From positions 7,027 to 71,026 of the forward strand of contig JAILLW010000044.1 of assembly GCA_024692955.1 (NCBI GenBank): a DNA stretch of 64,000 nucleotides, in the 5' to 3' direction. The DNA is from Lachnospiraceae bacterium (lineage in GTDB: Bacteria > Bacillota > Clostridia > Lachnospirales > Lachnospiraceae). The position numbers were made by a program, and so were the translations under genes. The notes under the pieces were generated by a model, which was given only the letters and a program-made list of their open reading frames with translations, made no database searches and was not told the origin of the DNA. Shown here piece after piece: positions 8,398 through 16,480 of the stretch; positions within the stretch are counted from its first letter, which is position 1, and every line of letters starts with the position of its first letter.

Positions 8398-9126
8398 TCA
8401 AAGATACATCTCGGGCTCGTTCAGAAAGACATCCGTAATGCCCTTTTCTTCAAGAGCCGCAAGGTCCAGCTTTCCTCCGGTCGGCTTTTCCGGGTATAAA
8501 TGCCCGGTAAGCCATGCCCGGACCGGATATCCTTTAAACTTATCGGGCTCAAAGTCCATGCCCTGCCAGAATGGATGAAGCGCATCCGCGCCGATGCTTT
8601 TTGCCTTATAAAGGCAGTCGGACACTTTTTTATCGAGCATCCCGGTCCCCGCATCGGGTACAAGTTCCTTAATCCTTACTATCGACGCGGCATAAAAACT
8701 CGAATAGACAACCGACTTTTCAAGTCCGTATTCCGATATCAGTTTTACGATCTTCTCCTCCATCCCGGGATAGGGAAAAATACTGTTCTTAAGTTCAATA
8801 TTGAGCAGAAATCCCTTTTTCATCGCATCCGCAAGGAGATCCAGGACCTCTTTCATGGTCGGGATGCGTTCCGCTTCCCTTTTTCCGGTATGGATATGGA
8901 AAGATTTAAGTTCTTCGAGTGTATAATCTCTCACAAATCCGTATCCGTCGGTGGTCCGGTCGATCTTTTCATCATGAATGACGACCAGCTCTTTGTCCTT
9001 CGTCAGCTGAATATCAAGTTCGATCCCCGTAAGGCCCCTTCCAAAAAGCTCCAACGCTTTGGAGAAGGAAGTGATCGTGTTTTCCGGATACCTCTGTGAG
9101 CACCCCCGGTGCGCCCAGATCTTCAT
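8398..9126 (-). CDS. Glycerophosphodiester phosphodiesterase (GDPD/GlpQ/UgpQ family)
   Basis: 242 aa. Reads MKIWAHRGCSQRYPENT...GIELDIQLTKDKELVVIHDEKIDRTTDG, covering the HRG, ENT, E-x-D and HD catalytic motifs. Confidence 0.85.
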   Translation of the reverse strand: MKIWAHRGCSQRYPENTITSFSKALELFGRGLTGIELDIQLTKDKELVVIHDEKIDRTTDGYGFVRDYTLEELKSFHIHTGKREAERIPTMKEVLDLLADAMKKGFLLNIELKNSIFPYPGMEEKIVKLISEYGLEKSVVYSSFYAASIVRIKELVPDAGTGMLDKKVSDCLYKAKSIGADALHPFWQGMDFEPDKFKGYPVRAWLTGHLYPEKPTGGKLDLAALEEKGITDVFLNEPEMYL

Positions 9127-10205
9127 GCTCTTCCACCTGCCTTCAAATGTTTCTCCATAAGATCCGCCATACAGATCGAACGGTCCTTTGCCGCCTTCCG
9201 GTCTTCCTCATCCGGTCCGTCTGTGGCTTCTTCGCAAATCCCCTCGATCTGTCTTTGGAATTCCCCGATCTCGTACCGGAGTCCGTCCCCCTCGAAGGGG
9301 ATGTCGAAGCTCTGCATCTTCGACGGATCCTCGAAGTGGATCTCAAAATGTCTCGTCTTCCACCAGGGGGCGTCCGCCTTAATGAACCCCTTCGTTCCGC
9401 TTATAAGAAGCCGGCCCTCCGCCTTTACGCCGAGTCCGCAGACTGCGGAAGCCATCCTTCCGGGATAATCAAGATCCAGTTTCGTAAAGGTATCGATCCC
9501 GAGCCCGTTCCGGATCGACGAGAAGCGGACGGATTCATATCCGCTTCCGAAAAGATCAAGGATCGGGAGCAGCACATAGCTTCCGAGTTCCGTAAAACTG
9601 CCTCCGTATCCTCTGTCCGTAAGTTCCCGTCTGTCGGGACTTTCCAGCTTTGTAAAGCAGCTTTCGACGAATTTCACCTCACCGATGATCCCGTCCGATA
9701 CCGTCTGAAGCAGTTCCCGGTATCCGGGGCAATAGGCCGTTTTCAGCCCCTCCATCAGTATGAGACCCTTTTCTTCCGCAAACTGAAAGCATTCCGCCGC
9801 CTCTTTCGAAGAAAGGGTCATGGGCTTTTCGCAAAGGACATGCTTTCCCTGCCGAAGAGCCTTAAGGATATATTCATAATGTGTTTCATGGGGTGTCGCG
9901 ATATAGACAGCATCCGTGACGTTCCAGAAATCCTCCGGAATGCACGAAGTCCCCGGATCGACTCCGGATTCCCGGGAGCCTTCTTTCGCCGCGAATGCAT
10001 ATGCTTTCGGGACTGTGGCTTTATTATCCGCTATTCCTTCCGGGAGTTTTCCCGCCGCGGTGTCTCCCCATACCTCCCGCACGAACCGCTCCGCGCTTCC
10101 CGGGTGGGGATTATAGACCGCGGTGATCTCCGCTCCAGGAACGCACATTGCCTCCGGGACAAACCGCTTTGCGATCCTTCCTGTTCCGATGATCCCGATC
10201 TTCAT
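9123..10205 (-). CDS. Gfo/Idh/MocA-family NAD(P) oxidoreductase
   Basis: 360 aa. Motifs KIGIIGTGRIAKRF (Rossmann) and HVLCEKPM. Clear paralogue of the C-terminal part of the upstream fusion protein, with a ~50-aa insert. The two genes overlap by 4 nt. Confidence 0.8.
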   Translation of the reverse strand: MKIGIIGTGRIAKRFVPEAMCVPGAEITAVYNPHPGSAERFVREVWGDTAAGKLPEGIADNKATVPKAYAFAAKEGSRESGVDPGTSCIPEDFWNVTDAVYIATPHETHYEYILKALRQGKHVLCEKPMTLSSKEAAECFQFAEEKGLILMEGLKTAYCPGYRELLQTVSDGIIGEVKFVESCFTKLESPDRRELTDRGYGGSFTELGSYVLLPILDLFGSGYESVRFSSIRNGLGIDTFTKLDLDYPGRMASAVCGLGVKAEGRLLISGTKGFIKADAPWWKTRHFEIHFEDPSKMQSFDIPFEGDGLRYEIGEFQRQIEGICEEATDGPDEEDRKAAKDRSICMADLMEKHLKAGGRA

Positions 10206-11560
10206 GCAAGCGCCGCCTGATATGCCTTTCGTTTTTCCATGAATTTCTCCACCACATCCGCCATTGCGATGGATTCCCCGGCCGTCAGCTTGTAATCATT
10301 TCCGCCGGTCCCGTTTACCTTGGATATGAATTCCGCGATCTCGTACCGGAGACCGTCGTCTCCGAGAAAGCTGGATTCAAAATGATCGATCTTTCCCGGA
10401 TCCTCGTAGCGGACATCGAAGCCTCTCGTAAGCCACCAGGGGGATTTCACGAGGATATATCCCTTCGTCCCCGCGATGATCAGCTCACCTTCCGATTTTA
10501 CGCCCGCTCCCGCTTTCGCGGTGGCAAGTGCGTTCTTATAACGGAACTGAACTTTCGTAAAGGTGTCGATCCCCTTTTTCCCGTATACCGACTCGATGCG
10601 GACGTCCTCATAATCTTTTCCGAGCAGTTTGAAGATCGGGAGCATCCCGTAGCTTCCGTACTCCAGAAAAGCCCCGCTGTACTTTTCGTCCGTCATCTCT
10701 CTCGTGCCCGGAAGGCCGATCCTCGTAAACGTCGCCTCGATATCGCAGATCTCGCCGATGATCCCGCTCCTTGCCACGGAAAGCAGCTGAAGGAATCCGG
10801 GAAGATACGCCGTACGGATCCCCTCCATCAGTGTGACCCTGTTTTCTTTGGCAAGGTCATAGAGTTCCGCCGCTTCGTTATAGGTAAATGTCATCGGCTT
10901 TTCACAGAGCACGTGCTTTCCGGACAGAACGGACTTTCGGACATATTCGCTGTGGGTCTCATTCGGCGACGCCACATAGACGGCATCCACTTCTTCCAGA
11001 AAACTCTCGAAATGATCTGTCCAGGTCTTGATCTGATACTTCTCCTCAAAGGACCGTGCGCTCTCCTCCTCCGGGTTATAGGCATTTACTACCTCAATGC
11101 CGGATACAAAACTGGTCTCCTTCAGAAAACGCGGAGCGATACGCCCCGTACCGATGATGCCGATCCGGACGATCTTCTGCCGCTCATCCCGAAGCAGGCT
11201 CGAAGAGATCCCCGCCGTTCTCGGAAGATATATCACCTCACAGTATTTTTTCAGATAATCATAGCGTCCGGCCCAGTCGCTTCCCAGAGTAAAGACATCG
11301 ATTCCGTAGCGCTGGATGTCCTCCACCTTCTGCCCTTCATGATCCTCCACGATGATCTCATCGGCGAAGCCGGTATTCCAGACATTTTCCATCCGGACCC
11401 GGATCGGATCGACCAGGTTCAGTTTTCCGCGCATCAGATCATAGTGCTCGGTCGTAACCCCGACGATCAGATGATCGCCGAGCTCCTTTGCCCGTTTTAA
11501 AAGCTGGTAATGTCCCTCATGGAAAAGATCGAAGGATCCATACGTGATCACTTTTTTCAT
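10202..11560 (-). CDS. Fusion protein: TagD-like cytidylyltransferase (aa 1-130) plus Gfo/Idh/MocA oxidoreductase (aa ~131-452)
   Basis: N-terminus: YGSFDLFHEGHYQLLKRAKELGDHLIVGV...PRTAGISSSLLR. Then: VRIGIIGTGRIAPRF...HVLCEKPM. Confidence 0.8.
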   Translation of the reverse strand: MKKVITYGSFDLFHEGHYQLLKRAKELGDHLIVGVTTEHYDLMRGKLNLVDPIRVRMENVWNTGFADEIIVEDHEGQKVEDIQRYGIDVFTLGSDWAGRYDYLKKYCEVIYLPRTAGISSSLLRDERQKIVRIGIIGTGRIAPRFLKETSFVSGIEVVNAYNPEEESARSFEEKYQIKTWTDHFESFLEEVDAVYVASPNETHSEYVRKSVLSGKHVLCEKPMTFTYNEAAELYDLAKENRVTLMEGIRTAYLPGFLQLLSVARSGIIGEICDIEATFTRIGLPGTREMTDEKYSGAFLEYGSYGMLPIFKLLGKDYEDVRIESVYGKKGIDTFTKVQFRYKNALATAKAGAGVKSEGELIIAGTKGYILVKSPWWLTRGFDVRYEDPGKIDHFESSFLGDDGLRYEIAEFISKVNGTGGNDYKLTAGESIAMADVVEKFMEKRKAYQAALA

Positions 11561-11566
11561 AAAAAC

Positions 11567-11941
11567 TCAGATCTCCTTCACCCACAGCCCGTGCAGATTG
11601 CAGTATTCATAGGCCGCTACGGCAGCATCGCCGTCAGCAAGGACAAAGACCGCCTCGGGCTTCTCGCCGGGCTTTAAATATTTCGTCTGATAACCCTGCT
11701 TCGTTTCCAGTATGATCCACTGGATGTAATGCGCATCCAGCATGGGATGTTCCACATCCCCGACCTTTACGGACACTTTGTTTCCGTCGATGCTTACGGA
11801 CGGGATGTGCTTTTCATACGCGCCGTCCGAAGTCCCCGGAACGAGCTCCGTCATCGCTTTTCCGCAGCAGAACGCCGGTACGCCCGAATCGTTCAGCTTC
11901 GTAATGATGTTACCGCATGTTTCGCATTTGTAGAATTTCAT
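11567..11941 (-). CDS. dfx: Desulfoferrodoxin (class I superoxide reductase)
   Basis: 124 aa. N-terminal desulforedoxin-like Cys motif (KCETCGN...FCCGKAM). SOR centre II residues present (EKHIP, VEHPM, YCNLHGLW). Confidence 0.85.
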   Translation of the reverse strand: MKFYKCETCGNIITKLNDSGVPAFCCGKAMTELVPGTSDGAYEKHIPSVSIDGNKVSVKVGDVEHPMLDAHYIQWIILETKQGYQTKYLKPGEKPEAVFVLADGDAAVAAYEYCNLHGLWVKEI

Positions 11942-11973
11942 GATACAGCCCTCTCTTTCTTTTGCTTACTGCT

Positions 11974-13317
11974 TTAAACCACTTTTACAGCGCCTTCCTC
12001 CTCCACCGCCCGAAGCGCGGCTCCGATCACCTGATCCATATCGTAATACCGGTATTCTCCGAGGCGGCCGCCGAAGATGATGCGGGGTTTTCCGGGTTTT
12101 TCCCCTTCCCCGGCAGACTCCCCGCAGCTCGCCTCCCGCCGTTCATTCTCTTCCCCGGCAAGGCGCCGGTATTCCTCATACAGCTTCGTATTTCGCTCAT
12201 CATTCACCGGATAATAAGGTTCATCTCCCTTCTTCCACTCCGTGCTGTACTCTTTCGAGATCACGGTATGGGGAATGTCATTTCCCTCATCATCCTTTCC
12301 GAATTCGAACCATTTATGCTCGATGATCCGGGTATAGGGCGTATCTCCGTCCGTATAATTGATCACGGCATTGCCCTGATAGTTTTCAACCGGAAGATCC
12401 TCGGTCTCAAAGGTCACTCTCCGGTATTCCAAAGCACCGAGGGAATATCCGAAATACTCGTCAATGGAACCGGTATAGATCACGCATTTTGTGTTTTCAT
12501 CAAGCCGGCCGCGGTTTTCCGGATCCAGATAGTCCACGCCGAGAACCAGAGTGATACTTCCCGATCCGACTGAGACTTTTGTTCCCGTTCTCCCGGTTCC
12601 GGGGAGCGCCTCTGCGTGTCCGCCTTTCTTTTCCGGAATGCCCTCATCTCCCGGCGCCTTTTTCGGGTTTTCCCCCCTTATTCCGAGGATCCTTTCCACC
12701 ATCTTCGTATATCCCCCCATCGGGATCCCCTGATAGCGGGCATTGAAATAATTATTGTCATAGGTGAGCCTCACGGGAAGGCGGCGGATGATGGAAGGAG
12801 GAAGCTCCGTACAGGGCCGTCCCCACTGCTTTTCCGTATAATGCTTAATAAGTTTTTCGTAAATATCCGTGCCCACCAGACTGATGGCCTGCTCCTCGAG
12901 GTTTCGGGGTTCATATGTGTCCGCGGCACCGTCCCTTAAAGTCGCCAGTGCGCTTTTTCTCTGCTCCGCAATCTTTTTCTTTGCATCTTCCGGAGTCACC
13001 GCGCCCCACATCTTATTGAAGGTATACATGTTAAAAGGCAGGGAATACATCTCGCCTTTATAATTTGCCACAGGCGAATTCGTATAACGGTTAAACTCCG
13101 CAAAGCGGTTCACATATTCCCAGACCTTCCGGTCGTTCGTATGGAAAATGTGGGCGCCGTACTTATGTACCCGGATCCCGCCTTTTTCTTCCGTATAAGC
13201 ATTACCGGCGATATGGTTCCGCCGGTCGATCACAAGGATACTCCTTCCCTTTTCGGCAAGCTCCCGCGCCATTACGGCACCGTAGAGTCCCGCACCCACG
13301 ATCAGATAATCATACAT
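11974..13317 (-). CDS. glf: UDP-galactopyranose mutase carrying two low-complexity insertions
   Basis: 447 aa. Reads MYDYLIVGAGLYGAV...HKYGAHIFHTND...YTEKQWG...GALEYR...EPYYPVND...FGGRLGEYRYYDM. This is collinear with my recollection of E. coli Glf except at roughly aa 212-254 and aa 388-412. Confidence 0.85.
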   Translation of the reverse strand: MYDYLIVGAGLYGAVMARELAEKGRSILVIDRRNHIAGNAYTEEKGGIRVHKYGAHIFHTNDRKVWEYVNRFAEFNRYTNSPVANYKGEMYSLPFNMYTFNKMWGAVTPEDAKKKIAEQRKSALATLRDGAADTYEPRNLEEQAISLVGTDIYEKLIKHYTEKQWGRPCTELPPSIIRRLPVRLTYDNNYFNARYQGIPMGGYTKMVERILGIRGENPKKAPGDEGIPEKKGGHAEALPGTGRTGTKVSVGSGSITLVLGVDYLDPENRGRLDENTKCVIYTGSIDEYFGYSLGALEYRRVTFETEDLPVENYQGNAVINYTDGDTPYTRIIEHKWFEFGKDDEGNDIPHTVISKEYSTEWKKGDEPYYPVNDERNTKLYEEYRRLAGEENERREASCGESAGEGEKPGKPRIIFGGRLGEYRYYDMDQVIGAALRAVEEEGAVKVV

Positions 13318-14341
13318 GAGATTCCTCCTCGATATCCGTGACCATAAGGATCACATCCCCGTCGTGAAGGACGGTATTGTCATCCGGCACAAAGGTCCTG
13401 CTGCCGCGCCGGATAAACAGGAACAGATCCTCCGGGGAAAGCTCCGGGTGACGCACTCTCTTTTCCCGGAATGCCTCGTCTTCTTCGATCACATCGCTCA
13501 CAAGGCGGCGGTTCCAGGAATGTCCCCGGGTGACCTTCACGGTCTCGAACCTCACCTCATCCTCCATGGCCCGGTATGCCTTCAGTTTGGAATACTGCTC
13601 CACGAATCCCGCGCTTAAGATACCGGTGGGGATCGCCACCATCAGAACTCCCAGAAATGAGATGATGATCGCGCAGACCCGCCCCGCGATGGTAACGGGA
13701 TAGATATCCCCGTATCCGATGGTAAGCAGGGTCGAGACCGACCACCAGATTCCGGAGAAGGCATTCGAGAAATTCTCCGGCTGGGCGTCGTGCTCCAGAC
13801 CGTACATACAAAGGGATGCGGCAAGCATAAAGATAAAGACCATGGCCACCGAGGAAAGAAGCTGATTTTTCTTTTCACTGAGAACGTCGATGATCACATT
13901 GAACGCGTCATAGCGGGTATTGATACGGAAAAGGCGGAAGATCCGGAAGACCCGGAAGATCCGAAGCGCCACCGCTCCCACCGGAAAGATCATCGGAAGG
14001 AAGAAGGGAAGGATCGTAAGAAGATCGATGAGTCCCAGCAGGGAAAAGGCAAAGGAAAGCCTCGCCTTCGCCCGGCTCCTGTCCGGATAAAGGAGATCCG
14101 CGGTCCAGAGGCGGAGGAGATATTCGATGGTAAAAATAACTATCGTTATTGTTTCAATCGCATGGAGGATCTCATACCGGGATTTCAGTCCGTCAAAAGT
14201 CAGAAGAAATGTAACGGCCAGATTGATCAGGATCACGGCCACAATGAAAAAATCGAACGAACGGCTGGTCACGTCCGAGTTCTTCCCGATGTTGATGATG
14301 TCATAGACCCGCTTTTTCAGAGCCTTTTTGTCCATTCGCAT
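13310..14341 (-). CDS. Voltage-gated-type K+ channel with a C-terminal RCK/TrkA-C-like domain
   Basis: 343 aa. S4-like segment RIFRVFRIFRLFRI, selectivity filter TLLTIGYGD and multiple hydrophobic helices. Confidence 0.8.
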   Translation of the reverse strand: MRMDKKALKKRVYDIINIGKNSDVTSRSFDFFIVAVILINLAVTFLLTFDGLKSRYEILHAIETITIVIFTIEYLLRLWTADLLYPDRSRAKARLSFAFSLLGLIDLLTILPFFLPMIFPVGAVALRIFRVFRIFRLFRINTRYDAFNVIIDVLSEKKNQLLSSVAMVFIFMLAASLCMYGLEHDAQPENFSNAFSGIWWSVSTLLTIGYGDIYPVTIAGRVCAIIISFLGVLMVAIPTGILSAGFVEQYSKLKAYRAMEDEVRFETVKVTRGHSWNRRLVSDVIEEDEAFREKRVRHPELSPEDLFLFIRRGSRTFVPDDNTVLHDGDVILMVTDIEEESHV

Positions 14342-14351
14342 ATCCGCTTTG

Positions 14352-15224
14352 TCAGTTCGCGCTCACGCGCGCTCCCTTCGGTACCGATTCCGTAATAAAG
14401 GCACTTCCGCCGATCACGGCGCCTTCGCCGATCACGGTCTGTCCGCCGAGGATCGACGCATTGGAATAGATCGTCACATTGTCCTCTATGGTCGGATGGC
14501 GTCGTACGTTCTTCAGCTTCTGCCCGCCCTTGGTGGAAAGCGCCCCCAGAGTCACGCCCTGATAAACCTTCACATGATCTCCGATCACGGTGGTCTCGCC
14601 GACCACGATGCCGGTTCCGTGGTCCATAAAGAAGTAACGTCCGATGGTTGCTCCCGGATGGATATCAATCCCGGTCAGGGAATGGGCATGCTCGGTCATG
14701 ATCCTGGGGATCATCGGAACCTTAAGCATAAAGAGTTCATGTGCCAGCCGGTATACGGATACGGCATAAAAGCCGGGGTAGGAAAGAATGATCTCCGCCC
14801 GTGAGCTGGCCGCCGGATCTCCCTCAAAAAACGCTTCCACATCATATTCGAGCATCTCCCGGATCATCGGGATCTTCTCCATAAAGTCAAGGGAAAGTTT
14901 CTCCACAAATCCATCGAACTGTTCCTCGGAATAGAAGACATAATCGCTGCTGTACTGAAGGACGGTCCTGATCTGCTTGTTCAGATGATAGATCACATCC
15001 TCGATGGCGGCGGCCATATTGTTCTTCAGGCTGTAGATCTTGTAGACCCTGTCGGAATAGTAGCCGGGAAACAGGATCTTCATCAGCTTGTCCACGATCC
15101 CGATGATCGCCTGTTTATCCGGCTGATTCTGAATATCCAGCCTGTTGATCACCCGTTCGGAAGTATAATCCTCCAGGATCGACTGCACGATCCCCTCAAT
15201 ACGTTCTTCATCCGCTCTGGCCAT
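14352..15224 (-). CDS. cysE: Serine O-acetyltransferase (long, ~290-aa form)
   Basis: Reads GIDIHPGATIGRYFFMDHGTGIVVGETTVIGDHVKVYQGVTLG...RRHPTIEDNVTIYSNASILGG, the CysE-type hexapeptide core. It has an extended N-terminal helical domain. Confidence 0.7.
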   Translation of the reverse strand: MARADEERIEGIVQSILEDYTSERVINRLDIQNQPDKQAIIGIVDKLMKILFPGYYSDRVYKIYSLKNNMAAAIEDVIYHLNKQIRTVLQYSSDYVFYSEEQFDGFVEKLSLDFMEKIPMIREMLEYDVEAFFEGDPAASSRAEIILSYPGFYAVSVYRLAHELFMLKVPMIPRIMTEHAHSLTGIDIHPGATIGRYFFMDHGTGIVVGETTVIGDHVKVYQGVTLGALSTKGGQKLKNVRRHPTIEDNVTIYSNASILGGQTVIGEGAVIGGSAFITESVPKGARVSAN

Positions 15225-15265
15225 TCTGTTTCCTCTCCCGTTTTCCGCTGCCGCGTCCTCCCCTC

Positions 15266-15295
15266 ATTTTAAGTCATACCGCCGCATGCCGTCAA
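15266..15295 (-). promoter_or_regulatory. Candidate sigma-A promoter TTGACG-18-TAAAAT for the cysE-to-GDPD operon
   Basis: Read on the minus strand: -35 at 15295-15290 and -10 at 15271-15266, about 40 nt upstream of the ATG at 15224. Confidence 0.4.
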
Positions 15296-15324
15296 GGATA
15301 CGGTGCTTTTCCGGCATATGACAC

Positions 15325-15353
15325 GGGCGCCGGAGGATTCACCCCCGGCGCCC
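15325..15353 (-). terminator. GC-rich hairpin (GGGCGCCGG / CCGGCGCCC) downstream of the 15403 stop; possible terminator without a clear U-tract
   Basis: 9-bp perfect stem with an 11-nt loop, read directly. The flank on the minus strand is not U-rich. Confidence 0.35.
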
Positions 15354-15402
15354 CGCGCCTTCATTCCGATGTGTTGTTTTGAATGCCTGTCAGAACCGAT
15401 CA

Positions 15403-16242
15403 TCAGCCTCTGAAATCAATGTTCCCGCCGATGGCTTTTTCTTCCTCGGTCATCACGCTGTCCGCCCGCCTGTCGAATTCATAGGCTTCGATCTTTTTGA
15501 GCAGCTCGTCCACGGAAGATGCGGAAAGGATCACGTCCCCCTCATTGAGGGTGATCCCGGTCTCATCCCAGTCCGGCTGTGCCGCCTCGGCGCCCTGTGC
15601 CTTTTCTTCCGCCTTTTCTGCCGCCTTTTCTTCGGCTTTCTTTGCCGCTTCCTTCTTTTCCGCGGCTTTTTCGGCCTCCTTCTTCTCGGCTGCCTTCTTC
15701 TCGATCCTTGCCTTCTGGGCCTTCGAAGAATCCTTCAGTACCGCGAAGAACGAAGCGGTCCCTCCGTCATTGACCTGCATCCCGTAGCCCTTGACGTTGG
15801 AGTTGTTCGCCGTCTGTGTCTTCAGCCGGGAAAGTCCGCTCTTTGCCTGGGAGATGATCCCTTCATACTGATTCCGGAAGCTTTCATCCTCCGCCATCTT
15901 CTCGATCTTGTCCTCGTCGATGAGGACCACCATCCGGTTCGGATTCGCGAAAGTCCCCGCCTGCTGTTTCGCGGCTTCTTTCATGTCCCTGCTCACGAGT
16001 ACGAAATCCATGTCGCCGAATTTCTTCTTCAGATCTTCGTAATAGGCGGCCGCTTTTTCGGAAAGTTCCGGTTTGCCGATGGTCTTCCCGTAATTTCCCG
16101 TGCTCTTTGCTGTTTTCGTTTCGGAAACTGCCGATGCGGCTCCTGATGCCCCTGATTCTTCGGGCTTCTTTGCGGCCAATGCGTTGTTCGTGTAGGCTGC
16201 GCTGTTCGCATATGCCGCGGTTGCTTGACTGATCAGACTCAT
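15403..16242 (-). CDS. Uncharacterised Lys/Ala/Glu-rich protein under flagellar-type control signals
   Basis: ORF 15403..16248. I prefer the ATG at 16242 because it sits 8 nt after GGAGG, whereas the ATG at 16248 sits 2 nt after it. No TM helix or signal peptide. The N-terminus is Ala/Ser/Asn-rich, with an (A/E/K)n repeat at about aa 175-215. I recognise no family. Confidence 0.7.
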   Translation of the reverse strand: MSLISQATAAYANSAAYTNNALAAKKPEESGASGAASAVSETKTAKSTGNYGKTIGKPELSEKAAAYYEDLKKKFGDMDFVLVSRDMKEAAKQQAGTFANPNRMVVLIDEDKIEKMAEDESFRNQYEGIISQAKSGLSRLKTQTANNSNVKGYGMQVNDGGTASFFAVLKDSSKAQKARIEKKAAEKKEAEKAAEKKEAAKKAEEKAAEKAEEKAQGAEAAQPDWDETGITLNEGDVILSASSVDELLKKIEAYEFDRRADSVMTEEEKAIGGNIDFRG

Positions 16243-16248
16243 ATTCAT

Positions 16249-16299
16249 CGCCTCCTTGCTTTTCCTCCCGCGTCCGGGAGACTTCGAAACATCCTTGTT
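16249..16299 (-). promoter_or_regulatory. Two candidate CsrA-binding sites in the leader: AACAAGGAUGUU hairpin (16288-16299) and GCAAGGAGGCG over the SD (16249-16259)
   Basis: Read directly. The first site matches the CsrA SELEX consensus RUACARGGAUGU at 11 of 12 positions, and AACA/UGUU can pair to present AGGA in a loop. The second site contains the Shine-Dalgarno sequence. Confidence 0.5.
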
Positions 16300-16331
16300 T
16301 CTGTATACCCACAGGTAGTCCTACGGAGTAT

Positions 16332-16358
16332 ATATCGGCATCGTTTTATGATTTCTTA
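16332..16358 (-). promoter_or_regulatory. Sigma-D/sigma-28-type promoter TAAG-N15-GCCGATAT
   Basis: The minus strand reads TTAAGAAATCATAAAACGATGCCGATAT. The -10 is identical to the B. subtilis sigma-D consensus GCCGATAT. About 90 nt upstream of the ATG at 16242. Confidence 0.55.
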
Positions 16359-16370
16359 ACCTTCTTTATC

Positions 16371-16446
16371 AAAAAAACGAAAAAAATTCATCACAGTGGA
16401 AAAACCCGCGAAAAAACTGAAAAAAAGTTGAAAAAACCACGAAAAA
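16371..16446. repeat. Array of phased A-tracts (A5-A7, starts near 16371, 16380, 16400, 16411, 16420, 16431, 16442) in the divergent flagellar intergenic region
   Basis: Read directly: aaaaaaacgaaaaaaattcatcacagtggaaaaacccgcgaaaaaactgaaaaaaagttgaaaaaaccacgaaaaagg. The last five tracts are spaced 9-11 bp apart. Confidence 0.7.
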
Positions 16447-16454
16447 GGCTTGAT

Positions 16455-16480
16455 TTAATTGACATAACGTGTTACGATAA
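16455..16480 (+). promoter_or_regulatory. Weak candidate sigma-D-like promoter TTAA-N15-ACGATAA (a TTGACA hexamer also sits at 16459-16464)
   Basis: Read directly, about 135 nt upstream of the ATG at 16614. The match is imperfect and no good sigma-A -10 follows the TTGACA. Confidence 0.3.

Noticed and set aside
15225-15402. Possible T-box or other riboswitch upstream of the cysE-like gene.
   Set aside because: The region is only ~175 nt. It shows one GC hairpin and a promoter-like TTGACG-18-TAAAAT, but no T-box sequence (AGAGA / GGUGGUACCGCG-type) and no other riboswitch core that I recognise.
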